64,000 nucleotides of DNA from NCBI GenBank assembly GCA_964556365.1, contig CAZKVT010000004.1:13842-77841 (forward strand). The letters run 5' to 3'. The translations under genes were made by a program, and so were the position numbers. Shown here piece by piece: positions 22,186 through 32,377 of the stretch (positions are counted from its first letter, which is position 1; each line of letters begins with the position of its first letter). A model generated the notes under the pieces. It was given only the letters and a program-made list of their open reading frames with translations. It did no database searches and was not told where the DNA came from. Source of the stretch: an uncultured bacterium. GTDB taxonomy: Bacteria; Hydrothermota; UBA3072.

Positions 22186-22288
22186 TATGTCTTAAATTAT
22201 ATTAAAAATTTTTTATATTGTCAAGGAGGATTTTAACAATACATATTTTTTCTTTGTGCCCTCTGTGGCTCTGTGTGAGAATAAATCC

Positions 22289-22316
22289 TTGACAAAGACT
22301 GAAAGCCAACTATAAT
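22289..22316 (+). promoter_or_regulatory. Sigma70-type promoter of asd (TTGACA-16-TATAAT)
   Basis: Consensus -35 at 22289-22294 and consensus -10 at 22311-22316; an AAAGGAGG RBS 10 nt before the ATG. Confidence 0.55.
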
Positions 22317-22343
22317 ACTTCATGCTGAAAGGAGGCAAATTAA

Positions 22344-23459
22344 ATGTTTAGAGTTGGTTTTATCGGGTGGAGAGGAATGGTTGGGTCTGTATTAATGAAA
22401 AGAATGAAAGAGGAAGATGCTTTTAAAGGATTCGAGCCTTTAATGTTTTCTACTTCTCAAGTAGGGCAAGATGGTCCTGATATAGGTGTTGAAATACCAA
22501 AACTTCAGGATGCTTATGATTTAAGTATTCTTGCAGAACTTGATATTATTGTAAGTTGCCAGGGGAGTGATTATACCGGTAAAGTTTATCCTGAACTACG
22601 AAAGAACGGTTGGCAGGGATACTGGATAGACGCGTCCTCGAAACTCCGAATGGAGGAGGATTCAATTATTGTGCTCGATCCCGTAAACAGAAAAGTTATC
22701 GATAAAGCTCTTGCTTCGGAAGTGCGTTCTTATATCGGTGGTAATTGTACGGTGAGTCTTATGCTGATGGCTCTTTCCGGGCTTTTTGAAAATGATTGTA
22801 TAGAGTGGGTTTCTTCTATGACCTATCAGGCTGCTTCGGGCGCCGGAGCTAAAAATATGATAGAGCTTGTGAAGCAGATGTCTGCTCTCAGCGATTCAGT
22901 GAAAGATTTGCTAAGCGACCCTTCAACCGCCGCTCTCGAGTTAGATTCGGTTATAACCGAAGAATTGCGTAAAAGTTCATTCCCAGTTGAAGTTTTTAAA
23001 GTTCCTCTTGCCGCGAGTCTCATACCGTGGATCGATTCTGCTGTGAATAACGGGCAGACCAGGGAGGAATGGAAAGGGATGGCAGAAATCAATAAAATCC
23101 TGCAGGCCAAAGAACAAATCCCTGTTGATGGCATTTGTGTTCGTATAGGAGCTATGAGGTGTCATAGTCAGGGCTTTACCATTAAGTTGAAAAAGGATAT
23201 TCCTCTCGGTGAAATAGAAAATATGATTGCGGAAGCTCACGAGTGGGTAAAGGTAGTACCCAATACTTATGAGGATACTGTTGCAGAACTTACTCCGGCT
23301 GTGGTTTCCGGCAATTTAACCGTTCCTGTCGGGCGTATCAGAAAAATGAACATCGGACCCGAATATCTTACCTGTTTTAGTGTGGGTGACCAACTCCTGT
23401 GGGGAGCCGCTGAACCTATATGGCGAATGCTCAGGATAGTTCTCGAGTATCTGGAATAA
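22344..23459 (+). CDS. asd: Aspartate-semialdehyde dehydrogenase
   Basis: Near-colinear match to the long form of Asd: [34 protein letters not shown], and the active-site Cys region [14 protein letters not shown]. Confidence 0.95.
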   Translation: MFRVGFIGWRGMVGSVLMKRMKEEDAFKGFEPLMFSTSQVGQDGPDIGVEIPKLQDAYDLSILAELDIIVSCQGSDYTGKVYPELRKNGWQGYWIDASSKLRMEEDSIIVLDPVNRKVIDKALASEVRSYIGGNCTVSLMLMALSGLFENDCIEWVSSMTYQAASGAGAKNMIELVKQMSALSDSVKDLLSDPSTAALELDSVITEELRKSSFPVEVFKVPLAASLIPWIDSAVNNGQTREEWKGMAEINKILQAKEQIPVDGICVRIGAMRCHSQGFTIKLKKDIPLGEIENMIAEAHEWVKVVPNTYEDTVAELTPAVVSGNLTVPVGRIRKMNIGPEYLTCFSVGDQLLWGAAEPIWRMLRIVLEYLE

Positions 23460-23559
23460 ATACTGATCCTGCGGATGTTATTCTACGGATCCGTTGAATG
23501 GTCAAATAGGAAAAAAGAAAAAAGTGTGGTGGGTCCGATTTAACTATTCAACAATTTTA

Positions 23560-24270
23560 CTATTTTTTCTCTCTGGACTTTAATCCTTCCATATATGTTT
23601 CTATAGCTTCTTTAGCTTTTTTCGCTGCCTGCAGGGGTCCACAACCCAGGTAAACTACTCCGAGGAGATAAGACGAATAAAAGCATCCTGAACCATGGAA
23701 TGAAAAATTTATTTTTTTGCCTTTTATTAATTCGAATTTTTCCCCGTCGTAAAAAAGGTCACTTGCATCCTCTATTCCAGTGATTACAATATATTTCGGT
23801 CCCATTGAATACAGAATTTCTGCTATTTTCTCAGGGTCATCTTCTCCGGTTAACAGTTTAGCTTCTGAAAGGTTCGGAGTTATCAAATCGGATAAAGGAA
23901 ACAGGTCTTTTTTCATTTCTTCGATGCCTTTCGGTGAAATTAAAGGATATCCGGAAGAAGAATTGATTATCGGGTCAAGAACCACGAATTCCGGTTTTCT
24001 TTTTTTTAAGAAATTAGATATTATCTTGACCACCTTTTCATCATAAAGCATTCCGATTTTGACTGCACGGAAATCTCCTAATGCTTTAAGTGCTTCTTTT
24101 ATAGACTTAATAGGGATTTCTGATGTGCTTAATACTCTTTCGGAAGTCTGTACTGTTAACGCTGTAGGGATTGCCGTTGAGGGTATACCTAAAGATTTGA
24201 AGACAGAGATATCGCGGGAAACCCCGGCTTCGCCTGTTGGATCGAATCCGGCGATTGTAAGCGCACTCAT
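23560..24270 (-). CDS. thiD: Hydroxymethylpyrimidine/phosphomethylpyrimidine kinase
   Basis: GFDPTGEAGVSRD N-terminal motif and the ribokinase-like PfkB fold; 236 aa. Confidence 0.7.
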   Translation of the reverse strand: MSALTIAGFDPTGEAGVSRDISVFKSLGIPSTAIPTALTVQTSERVLSTSEIPIKSIKEALKALGDFRAVKIGMLYDEKVVKIISNFLKKRKPEFVVLDPIINSSSGYPLISPKGIEEMKKDLFPLSDLITPNLSEAKLLTGEDDPEKIAEILYSMGPKYIVITGIEDASDLFYDGEKFELIKGKKINFSFHGSGCFYSSYLLGVVYLGCGPLQAAKKAKEAIETYMEGLKSREKK

Positions 24271-25205
24271 CTTCTTTCCGGTTTTTTTAAGAATACAAAT
24301 ACAATTCCGCCCGCGCAGCTTGCTATAACTGAAGCGGCAAAGTAAACCAGAGATATTGAAAGGGCTTCGCTTTTTGCTATACCAATTAAAGAAAAGAAGA
24401 AAACGTAAGAGTATTCTCTTAACCCAAGGCCGTTAAGAGTTAAGGGGATAAGAGATATTATAGTAATGATGGGTATGTATGCCAGGAGAGCGGAGAAGGG
24501 AATGGGTATAGATAATCCTTTAGCTATAAAATAATTTATCAGGGTTATAACAATCTGAACCAGAACCGAATACGCTATTCCGATGATTATTGTTTTTCTT
24601 TTGCTTTTATATATTTTAATAGCCTTATAAAATTCTCTAATAGATTTTCCTAAATCAAAAAGTTTAATGGAAAGCAGTTTTTCTTTCAGCCATTCGATTT
24701 GTAATGAAGTAAATAAATAATATAATATAAAAGTGAGTAAAATCAGACCAATATAAAGTACGGAGAATTTTATGAATTCAACTTTTCGCGAAAATACAGC
24801 AAAAACACCTATTAACATCATTCCAATCATTCCGAGAATCCTTTCCATTATAGATGCTCCGAAGGCTTTTTCGAAGTTTTCTTTTCCTCCGGCATATGCC
24901 GAGCGTATCATATCCATTCCCAGGCCGCTCGGTAGGATATTGTTGAAGAAGAAGGAAACAAGCAGGTATAAATAGCTTTTAAATTTAGTAATATGAATTT
25001 CTTGAGCCTTAAGGAGAAAATTCCAGCGCAACGAAAAAGTCAAATAAAATATGAAGAAAAGGATTATAATTATTATGAAATAAAGTATATTTAAGTTTTT
25101 TATGTTTTGTATAACTTCGCTTAGGGAGACCTTGGTTTTAAACAGATAGTAAAAGAGCGCTGCTGTAATTATGATTTTTAGTATTTCTTTACCGATTTTT
25201 TTCAT
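24267..25205 (-). CDS. Flippase-like / lysylphosphatidylglycerol-synthase TM-region family membrane protein (UPF0104)
   Basis: 312 aa polytopic membrane protein; the FNNILPSGLGMDMIRS motif is typical of the LPG_synthase_TM family; overlaps the thiD start by 4 nt. Confidence 0.6.
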   Translation of the reverse strand: MKKIGKEILKIIITAALFYYLFKTKVSLSEVIQNIKNLNILYFIIIIILFFIFYLTFSLRWNFLLKAQEIHITKFKSYLYLLVSFFFNNILPSGLGMDMIRSAYAGGKENFEKAFGASIMERILGMIGMMLIGVFAVFSRKVEFIKFSVLYIGLILLTFILYYLFTSLQIEWLKEKLLSIKLFDLGKSIREFYKAIKIYKSKRKTIIIGIAYSVLVQIVITLINYFIAKGLSIPIPFSALLAYIPIITIISLIPLTLNGLGLREYSYVFFFSLIGIAKSEALSISLVYFAASVIASCAGGIVFVFLKKPERR

Positions 25206-25579
25206 TTGTTTAAAATATCCTCCTGAAAAGAAAAGTCAAGAAGGGTATGGGTGGAGGTTCCATGATTTTTTTAAACAAGGGAAGATTAACCATTCATTAG
25301 GAACGCGGTCAATTTTCCCACCGATAAAATTGCCGCTCGGCTCTCAGCCGAACTCCTTTTAAAATGCAAGCATTTCAAAAGACCATGGCCGTTAGGCTTC
25401 CGAGACGTCCTTCTGAAAGGTCAATCCTCCCTTTTAATTCATGCTTGAATATATATTTAAGAAGAAATCATGAAACTCTAAGGGGCGGATGTTGAAGAGG
25501 ATACTGTGGCTAATTAGTTTTTTTCGTGGTATTAAACTTATAAACTTGACAGGCGTATGTAGAGACATATTATTCAAGT

Positions 25580-27919
25580 ATGAAAATATTAAATTATCTG
25601 ATAATAGTAGCTTTAGGAGGGCTGATAATCAGGTCCCTTATAGTTACCATAAAAGATATGGATGTTAGGAAGAAGATGGTAATGAACGGGATAATTATTT
25701 TGTTTTTATCCGTTCTTATCTTAGCTTCGCTTTTATCTTATTCTCTCGATGAAGAATTGGCCGAAAATTTCGGAGGTATCGTAGGTGCTGTAACCGCGCA
25801 AAGCATGATTGAAACTTTTGGAATACTTTCATATTTTTTACCTCTGATTTTTGTTATTGCTGCCATGTCTCTTTTTCTGGATAAAGTTAAATATGTGTTT
25901 TATCGTATCGGCGGATTATTTCTCTGTCTTTTTTTTCTGGCGCTTTCGATTGTATCTATAAATCCAGGCCTTCCTAATGAAAAGAAAGGTGAAATCGGAA
26001 CCATGATGGGTTCTTTTCTTCTTTCAAAATTGAGTTTTGGTGGAAGTGTAACACTGGTTTCTTTTCTCGGTTTATTAATCCTTTATGTCTATTTGCAGCC
26101 AACCCCCCGAAAAATAAATATTAAGCTTTTTATATCTAAAATTATTGAACTTAAAAATCTATTGCCGAGACTCTTACCGGAGAGAAAGAAACGAACTGTA
26201 TCTAAGGTTACTGAAGAAAAGAATACAAGACAGGTTGAAAGCAAAGAGATCCAGGAACCTAAAAGGGCAATAAGGGTAAAGATAGGAAGAAGAGAAAAAA
26301 GAAAGGGTTCAGATGTTTCTGAAAAAATTTCGGACGATTTTAGGAATGATTTCTTAAATGCTTTAAAAGATCCGGTTCCTGTGGAGTGGATGTCCGCAGA
26401 AACAGTAAACAATTATAAGAATATAATTGAGGGAAAGCTCGAAAGTTTCGGGATAACAGGGAGTATAACCGGAGTTTTGAGAGGTCCGGTCGTAAGCAGA
26501 TTTGAATTTAAACCCGATCTTGGAATAAAATTATCTAAAATATCAAATCTTGCCAATGATTTAGCCCTGGCGCTTCACGCGGAAAAAATTAGAATTATTG
26601 CTCCCATACCGGGGAAAGGTGTGGTTGGGATAGAAGTTCCTAATAAAAATAGAGAAACCGTATATTTAAAAGACCTTATAAGCAACGAGGAATTTTTGAA
26701 TCACGGGTCCAAAACTTACGTTCCTATCGGTAAAAATATAACCGGTAATCCTTTTTACTCTTCTATAGCTTTGATGCCACACCTTCTCATTGCCGGAGCT
26801 ACAGGTTCAGGAAAGTCGGTTTTTATTAACTCTATTCTTAATTCTCTTTTGTTTAGAGCTACACCTGAAGAACTTCGTTTTATTCTTATAGATCCAAAGA
26901 GAATAGAACTTTCTGTTTACAATGGTATTCCTCATTTGATTAGAGGAGTTATTACGGATCAATCCGCTGCCATACAGTATTTATTAAAGAGTATCGAGTG
27001 TATGGAACAAAGATATAAAGAATTTGCTCGAGTTGGCGTAAGAAATATACAGGGATATAATAGTAAAATAAAAGATAAAAAACCTTACATTTTTATAGTT
27101 ATCGATGAACTTGCCGATTTGATGATGCGAAGCGGAAAGGATGTTGAGAAAGCCATAATAAGACTTGCCCAGATGAGTAGAGCGGTAGGAATACATTTAA
27201 TACTTGCGACTCAGAGGCCTTCGGTCGATGTAATAACGGGTTTAATAAAGGCTAATTTTCCCGCGAGAGTAGCTTTCCAGGTTGCTTCCGTACACGATTC
27301 TAAAACTATTCTGGATGCTAAAGGGGCAGAAAAACTTCTCGGGAATGGTGATATGCTTTTTGTGCCTCCGGATGAAGGTGTGGCTAAAAGACTTCATGGT
27401 CCTTATATAACAATTGAAGAAACAAAAAGAATAGTTACACTTATAGGGCTTAAACATCTTAAACGTTTATTGGTAGGTCATTTTGACAAAGTGGATGAGA
27501 TATGTGTCCTGGTAGAGGAAGAAGACATGCTCGATGTTTTCGGGGATAGAACCCTTCCCGGAGCAGCCGAAAGAATCGAACAGTTCAGCAAATTACTCGA
27601 CATCCGTTTAGATATAGATGAAAGTGAATTTACAGAGTTTGTCGATGAACTGGATTATTATCCTCCTACCGAGGAAATAGAAGAGTTTCTTATAGTGGAT
27701 GAAGGGGCTGAAGAGGTAGGCGAACTCGACGAGTTTTATAATGAGGCTAAAGAAATAATAATAAGCCAGCAGACAGCCTCTGTCTCGCTTCTGCAAAGAA
27801 AATTGAAGATAGGATACGCCCGGGCGGGAAGGTTGATAGACCAGCTGGAAAAGACGGGTGTTGTAGGGAAATTTAGAGGTTCGAAACCGAGAGAGGTTTT
27901 GGTGAAAAGGGAGAGATAA
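25580..27919 (+). CDS. ftsK: DNA translocase FtsK
   Basis: N-terminal four TM helices, a Lys/Arg/Glu-rich linker, a motor domain with Walker A (LLIAGATGSGKSV) and Walker B (IFIVIDELADLMM), and a C-terminal winged-helix gamma domain (LLQRKLKIGYARAGRLIDQLE). Confidence 0.92.
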   Translation: MKILNYLIIVALGGLIIRSLIVTIKDMDVRKKMVMNGIIILFLSVLILASLLSYSLDEELAENFGGIVGAVTAQSMIETFGILSYFLPLIFVIAAMSLFLDKVKYVFYRIGGLFLCLFFLALSIVSINPGLPNEKKGEIGTMMGSFLLSKLSFGGSVTLVSFLGLLILYVYLQPTPRKINIKLFISKIIELKNLLPRLLPERKKRTVSKVTEEKNTRQVESKEIQEPKRAIRVKIGRREKRKGSDVSEKISDDFRNDFLNALKDPVPVEWMSAETVNNYKNIIEGKLESFGITGSITGVLRGPVVSRFEFKPDLGIKLSKISNLANDLALALHAEKIRIIAPIPGKGVVGIEVPNKNRETVYLKDLISNEEFLNHGSKTYVPIGKNITGNPFYSSIALMPHLLIAGATGSGKSVFINSILNSLLFRATPEELRFILIDPKRIELSVYNGIPHLIRGVITDQSAAIQYLLKSIECMEQRYKEFARVGVRNIQGYNSKIKDKKPYIFIVIDELADLMMRSGKDVEKAIIRLAQMSRAVGIHLILATQRPSVDVITGLIKANFPARVAFQVASVHDSKTILDAKGAEKLLGNGDMLFVPPDEGVAKRLHGPYITIEETKRIVTLIGLKHLKRLLVGHFDKVDEICVLVEEEDMLDVFGDRTLPGAAERIEQFSKLLDIRLDIDESEFTEFVDELDYYPPTEEIEEFLIVDEGAEEVGELDEFYNEAKEIIISQQTASVSLLQRKLKIGYARAGRLIDQLEKTGVVGKFRGSKPREVLVKRER

Positions 27920-27920
27920 A

Positions 27921-28466
27921 GTGATAATTTTATATTTTTTGATTTCTTCGGTGTTAAATCAGGTTTCAAATAATTTGAGTTCGGTTGCGTCTCTTGAATG
28001 TAATTTCTCTGAAGCTCTTATGTTCCAGGGAGACACCTTAAATTTTACAGGTAATGTTTACGCTTTAAAAGATAAGGCAAGGATAGATGTTTTTGAACCT
28101 GAAAGAGAGATTATGGTTTTTCGGGGAGACTCTGTTTTTGTATGGAGAGAAAAAACCGCTCAGTTTTTTCGCAGAGAGGCTCCGATGATTTTTTATGAAA
28201 TTTTGTTTTCTCCCGCGAACAGTTATAAGGTAGATTCGTCGAGATCTGGTTGGGTGCATATTTCTCCAATAAAAAGTAAACTCAGTTATCCTCTTTCTGT
28301 TCAATTTAACAAAGACTTGCTGCCGGTAAAAATGAAATTTTTTCAGGAATCAGGTTCGGGAGAATTTACTTTTACCTCGTATAAACTTAATAAAACATAT
28401 GCTGAAGCTTTTTTCTCTTTAGATTCTTTTGTGGTGGACAAACTGCAGAAAGCTGATGGCGATTAA
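27921..28466 (+). CDS. lolA: LolA-like outer-membrane lipoprotein carrier protein
   Basis: 181 aa secreted protein directly after ftsK (the conserved ftsK-lolA synteny); an unclosed beta-barrel-like pattern; GTG start with an AAGGGAGAG RBS. Confidence 0.5.
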   Translation: MIILYFLISSVLNQVSNNLSSVASLECNFSEALMFQGDTLNFTGNVYALKDKARIDVFEPEREIMVFRGDSVFVWREKTAQFFRREAPMIFYEILFSPANSYKVDSSRSGWVHISPIKSKLSYPLSVQFNKDLLPVKMKFFQESGSGEFTFTSYKLNKTYAEAFFSLDSFVVDKLQKADGD

Positions 28467-28486
28467 AGGATAGCTTAATTGTTGCG

Positions 28487-29272
28487 ATGAGGTCCAATTT
28501 TAATGATAGACTTGTATTCTTGAAAAATATTGCCCTGAACGCGGGTGGTATACTAATTGATTTGTTTCGAGGGGATTTTGAGATTGAAAGCAAAACCGGA
28601 GCCGAATTGTTAACTACGGCAGATACAAAGTCCGAAGAGTTTTTAATAAATTCTATCAGAAAAGAATATCCCGGGGTTGAGATTGTTGCGGAAGAGACTA
28701 ATCCAAAAAAGGGTGAAGAGAAAGAGGCTTTTATAATCGACCCTTTAGACGGAACAAATAATTTTTCTTTCGGAATTCCGATTTTTTGTGTCTCGATTGC
28801 GTATCAGCTGGATAACGATTTAAAAATCGGGGTTATTTATGATCCTTTACATGAAGAATTGTTTTACGCGGAAAAAGGGAAGAAGGCTTATTTAAACGAT
28901 TCTCCTATTTCCGTTTCAAAAAGGGAAAGCCTGAGAGATTCGATTATAGCGACCGGATTTCCATATATAAAAATAAAAGAAGAAAATTCTAATATTCCTG
29001 AATTTTCGGCAATGCTTATGAAATCAAGGGGTCTACGGCGTTTGGGTTCTGCCGCGCTCGATCTTTGTTATGTTGCCTGCGGAAGGTTTGACGGTTACTG
29101 GGAGAAACATCTTAAGGTATGGGATATTTCAGCCGGTGGGTTAATAGTAACCGAAGCGGGAGGTAAAATTACAAATTTTTATGAGGATAATTGGAATTAT
29201 AAACTTGATAACGTTATTGCTTCAAACGGAATAATACATTCTGAAATACAGGAGGTAATAAAAGAATTATGA
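28487..29272 (+). CDS. suhB: Inositol monophosphatase family protein (SuhB-like)
   Basis: The VAEE ... [10 protein letters not shown] ... WDISAG metal-binding motifs of IMPases. Confidence 0.8.
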   Translation: MRSNFNDRLVFLKNIALNAGGILIDLFRGDFEIESKTGAELLTTADTKSEEFLINSIRKEYPGVEIVAEETNPKKGEEKEAFIIDPLDGTNNFSFGIPIFCVSIAYQLDNDLKIGVIYDPLHEELFYAEKGKKAYLNDSPISVSKRESLRDSIIATGFPYIKIKEENSNIPEFSAMLMKSRGLRRLGSAALDLCYVACGRFDGYWEKHLKVWDISAGGLIVTEAGGKITNFYEDNWNYKLDNVIASNGIIHSEIQEVIKEL

Positions 29273-29748
29273 GCAGACCTTCCTGGCATGAATATTTCAT
29301 GCAGATAACAGAACTTGTAAGTACCAGGGCAACCTGTCTCAGGAGAAAAGTCGGTGCAGTTATTGTAAGGGATAGACGTATATTGACTACGGGGTACAAC
29401 GGGCCGCCAGAAAATATAGTACACTGTGAAGAAAGAGGGGGTTGTCTCAGAGATGAGTTAAATATTCCATCAGGACAGAGAATGGAACTCTCGAGAGCGA
29501 TACATGCTGAGCAGAATGCCATAATTCAGGCGTCAAAAGTTGGCATTTCAATACAGAACTCTACTCTATACGTGACAACACATCCGTGTTTTACCTGTGC
29601 TAAGATGTTAATAAACGCGGGAATAAAAGAAATTATTTACAAAGATGGTTATCCGGATGAGTTTGCGCGTGAAATTCTTGAGGAAGCGGGGGTTAAAGTT
29701 GTTCAGTTTGATGAGCTGATGAAAGGAAGTAAGGACAACAAAGAATAA
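29269..29748 (+). CDS. dCMP deaminase (ComEB-type zinc deaminase)
   Basis: HAEQNAI ... [19 protein letters not shown] zinc-binding motifs. Confidence 0.8.
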   Translation: MSRPSWHEYFMQITELVSTRATCLRRKVGAVIVRDRRILTTGYNGPPENIVHCEERGGCLRDELNIPSGQRMELSRAIHAEQNAIIQASKVGISIQNSTLYVTTHPCFTCAKMLINAGIKEIIYKDGYPDEFAREILEEAGVKVVQFDELMKGSKDNKE

Positions 29749-30024
29749 GAAAACTAAGGAACAACGAATAGCGCTAATGACATGAATAAAATCCCAAATT
29801 CTTTATAATATTAGAAATTATTTTTTCTAATCATTCGTGAATTTTTTGCAATTTGTTGTTTAAAAGAGGTTGTTAAGGGAGGAGTGATAAAAAATTCTGT
29901 GTTCTCTGTGGCAATATCTGGTTGCCAGATACCGGGTCCTAGGTCCTGGTATCTTCAAATCCGTAAATTGGTAAATTGGTTAATTAGTAAATTAACAGTT
30001 AGGAATTGGAATTTAGAAGTTGGA

Positions 30025-31533
30025 ATGAAGCAACAAAAAAGACTCAGTGGGTTCTGTCTGTTTTTATTTTTTGCTATGGGATTGTATTCTCAAGATTTTG
30101 AAAAACTTTCGTATGGTAAATTCATCGATGTAGAAGTAAAGATAAGGACTTTTCTCGGAAATTTCGGGAGGAATTATTACGGTAATAAGGCTCCGGCTAA
30201 GCTCGATATTTTATGGAAAAAGTATCTGGGCAGCGGAAAAACTTTTGTTCCTCATAAGGGAGGAGAGACCGTATGGTCCGGGTGCGGCTGGACAGGTCAG
30301 CCTCTTTTGGTAGAAGAAGACGGTGAATACTATTTAATACAGGGCGCGTACGATCATAATTTAAAGAAAATCGAAGCGAATACCGGAAAAACCATTTGGG
30401 AATACGAATATGATGATGTGCTTAAGGGTACAGGCACAATCTGGTCGAATAAATATGCTAAGAATTTCGGTAAAAGTCTTATAATACTTCAGGGAAGCAG
30501 GAAAGGTTCTAAAAATTCCTTTAGCGGTCATATAGTTCCGAGTTTTAGAGCAGTATCATATTTTTATGGTATAGAATATTGGCGTTTAAACGTAAAAAGA
30601 ACAGCAAGTTATAGCAGAGATGTAGATGCTTCGGCGGTTATTCTTAATGATACCGTTTATATTGGGTTGGAAAACGCTCTTTTTACTGTTTTGAATCCGA
30701 ATCCGGATAGCATTGTCAAAAAAGAAGGTATAGTTCAGCCTAAGGTATATCAGGAGTTAAATCTTTATGAAAATAAGGATATCGCGAAACACAGAGGAAA
30801 TCTGGTTGTAGAATCTTCACCATGTCTTTTGAACGGTCGTATTTACATAACCGCGGGGTCCGGTCATGTTTACGGATATAATCTTGACACTAAGAAAATA
30901 GATTGGGATTTTTACATAGGTTCGGATATGGATGGTTCTCCGGTTGCTACCGAAGATAGCTGTATACTTGTTACTGTCGAGAAGCAGTATATATCGGGAA
31001 AAGGGGGAGTATTTAAACTCGATCCTTCAAAGAGTGAGTCTGAAGCAGTCCGGTGGTATTTTCCGACCAATAATGCGACATTGGCGGAGTGGAAAGGGGG
31101 AGTTGTCGGTTCTGTCGGTGTCAATGACAGAACAAGACCCGAAAATCATCCTTATTTCGCGGCTTTTATAGGTATCGACGGAAATTTGTATGTTGTCAAC
31201 CATAAAGAAATAGACGAAAATAAAGGGAAGGTAAACGGACCGAATAATAAAAAAACTTACCCGATGCCGAAACTTGTATTTAAAAAGAGAGTCGGGGGTT
31301 CGATTTCCACTCCCATTATTGTCGGGAATAGACTTGTCGCTACCGGATACGGAGGAATACACCTTTTTGAATTCGACGAAAAAGGAAATTTTGAACTTTT
31401 GGATAAAAAATATATGGGGTCATTCGAGGCAACCGCTATCACGTGGGATGGAAGAATTTACGTTGGTTCGAGAAATGGTTATTTATACTGTTTTGGTGAA
31501 AAAGAAGATACTGTGAAGACGAGCAATGAATAA
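30025..31533 (+). CDS. Secreted PQQ-like beta-propeller repeat protein
   Basis: Signal peptide MKQQKRLSGFCLFLFFAMGLYSQ from the ATG at 30025; repeated propeller blades (GRIYITAGSGHVYGYNLDTKKIDW, GRIYVGSRNGYLYCF). The track ORF starts at a GTG at 29884, but the extra 47 aa span repeat elements. Confidence 0.55.
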   Translation: MKQQKRLSGFCLFLFFAMGLYSQDFEKLSYGKFIDVEVKIRTFLGNFGRNYYGNKAPAKLDILWKKYLGSGKTFVPHKGGETVWSGCGWTGQPLLVEEDGEYYLIQGAYDHNLKKIEANTGKTIWEYEYDDVLKGTGTIWSNKYAKNFGKSLIILQGSRKGSKNSFSGHIVPSFRAVSYFYGIEYWRLNVKRTASYSRDVDASAVILNDTVYIGLENALFTVLNPNPDSIVKKEGIVQPKVYQELNLYENKDIAKHRGNLVVESSPCLLNGRIYITAGSGHVYGYNLDTKKIDWDFYIGSDMDGSPVATEDSCILVTVEKQYISGKGGVFKLDPSKSESEAVRWYFPTNNATLAEWKGGVVGSVGVNDRTRPENHPYFAAFIGIDGNLYVVNHKEIDENKGKVNGPNNKKTYPMPKLVFKKRVGGSISTPIIVGNRLVATGYGGIHLFEFDEKGNFELLDKKYMGSFEATAITWDGRIYVGSRNGYLYCFGEKEDTVKTSNE

Positions 31534-31549
31534 AGCACAAAGAAAAGCC

Positions 31550-31620
31550 AGTCCAAAGTCCAACGTCCAATGTTCAAAGTCAAAGCTAAATCCCGACCCC
31601 CAAATCCGAAATCCTAAATC
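31550..31620. repeat. Degenerate heptamer array (AGTCCAA-type followed by AAATCC-type units)
   Basis: agtccaaagtccaacgtccaatgttcaaagtcaaag then ctaaatcccgacccccaaatccgaaatcctaaatc. Confidence 0.8.
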
Positions 31621-31700
31621 AGCCGTTCAACTATTCAACAATTTAACTATGACCCTCTACCGGTAAAAGTCATTATTGAACATTTAACAGGAGGTATATT

Positions 31701-32303
31701 ATGTTTATTGAAAAATTAATGAATGATCTCGGGGTGCCGGGGTTTGTGGTGCTTGTGATAATTGGAGTTTCATTATTGGTATATATAGTAGTAAAGATTT
31801 CCACAAAAATGGTAGAAAAGAAGCTTAAACCACTTGCTGAAATGCTTAATGCCGAAATAAAATCTTCTTTTGTGCTTGGTAGTTATATTAATATATTGAA
31901 TTACGGGACTGAAATCCATTTTAGATTAACCCTTGGAGGAAAAAATTCTCCTCAATACTTATATTTAGAATTGTTGAATCCTGTGGGATTTGGCTTTAAG
32001 ATTACCAGAAGACAAGTTTTAAACGAAATATTTTTCCGCTGGGGGAAAGAAGTTGAGCTGGATGACGTTTCTTTTGATGAGGAGTTCTTAATTCGTGCGG
32101 ATAAACCTTTGGAAGCAGGTTCTTATTTAATGGATTCAAAAAGAAAAGATGCTATAAAATATTTTTTCGAGAACGGGTTTACGGAAATAAAAGCAAATGC
32201 GAAAGGTGTTTATGCAAGTAAAGCAAACTACACTGATGATGATCTTGTTTCGGAAAGAGTTCGGACTTATCTGGATAATCTAAACACTTTTTCAAGGATG
32301 TAA
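31701..32303 (+). CDS. Hypothetical membrane-anchored protein, 200 aa
   Basis: N-terminal TM helix (GFVVLVIIGVSLLVYIVV); AGGAGG RBS; no recognisable domain. Confidence 0.45.
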   Translation: MFIEKLMNDLGVPGFVVLVIIGVSLLVYIVVKISTKMVEKKLKPLAEMLNAEIKSSFVLGSYINILNYGTEIHFRLTLGGKNSPQYLYLELLNPVGFGFKITRRQVLNEIFFRWGKEVELDDVSFDEEFLIRADKPLEAGSYLMDSKRKDAIKYFFENGFTEIKANAKGVYASKANYTDDDLVSERVRTYLDNLNTFSRM

Positions 32304-32332
32304 TATTCCAAATTAATCTTATCCAAAGATAC

Positions 32333-32377
32333 CTAACTTTACACTTTTGTCCCGGACAAAAGTGTAAAGTTAGGGGA
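32333..32377. repeat. 45-bp palindromic element, copy 1
   Basis: Identical to 33280-33324; an inverted repeat with arms ctaactttacacttttgt / acaaaagtgtaaagttag. Confidence 0.9.

Noticed and set aside
25171-25362. 63-aa ORF 25171-25362 (+)
   Set aside because: It overlaps the start of the minus-strand membrane-protein gene, the peptide is low-complexity, and there is no RBS. It lies in the probable ftsK upstream spacer.
27870-27890. GGTTCGAA T-loop-like motifs (27878 and 31296) as possible tRNA genes
   Set aside because: Both lie inside continuous, well-supported CDSs (ftsK and the PQQ-propeller gene), with no acceptor-stem or anticodon-arm complementarity around them.
29884-30024. N-terminal extension of the PQQ-propeller ORF from a GTG at 29884
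   Set aside because: The extension is translated through palindrome and heptamer repeat elements. The AGGGAGGAG sits only ~2 nt from the GTG. A canonical signal peptide begins at the ATG at 30025.
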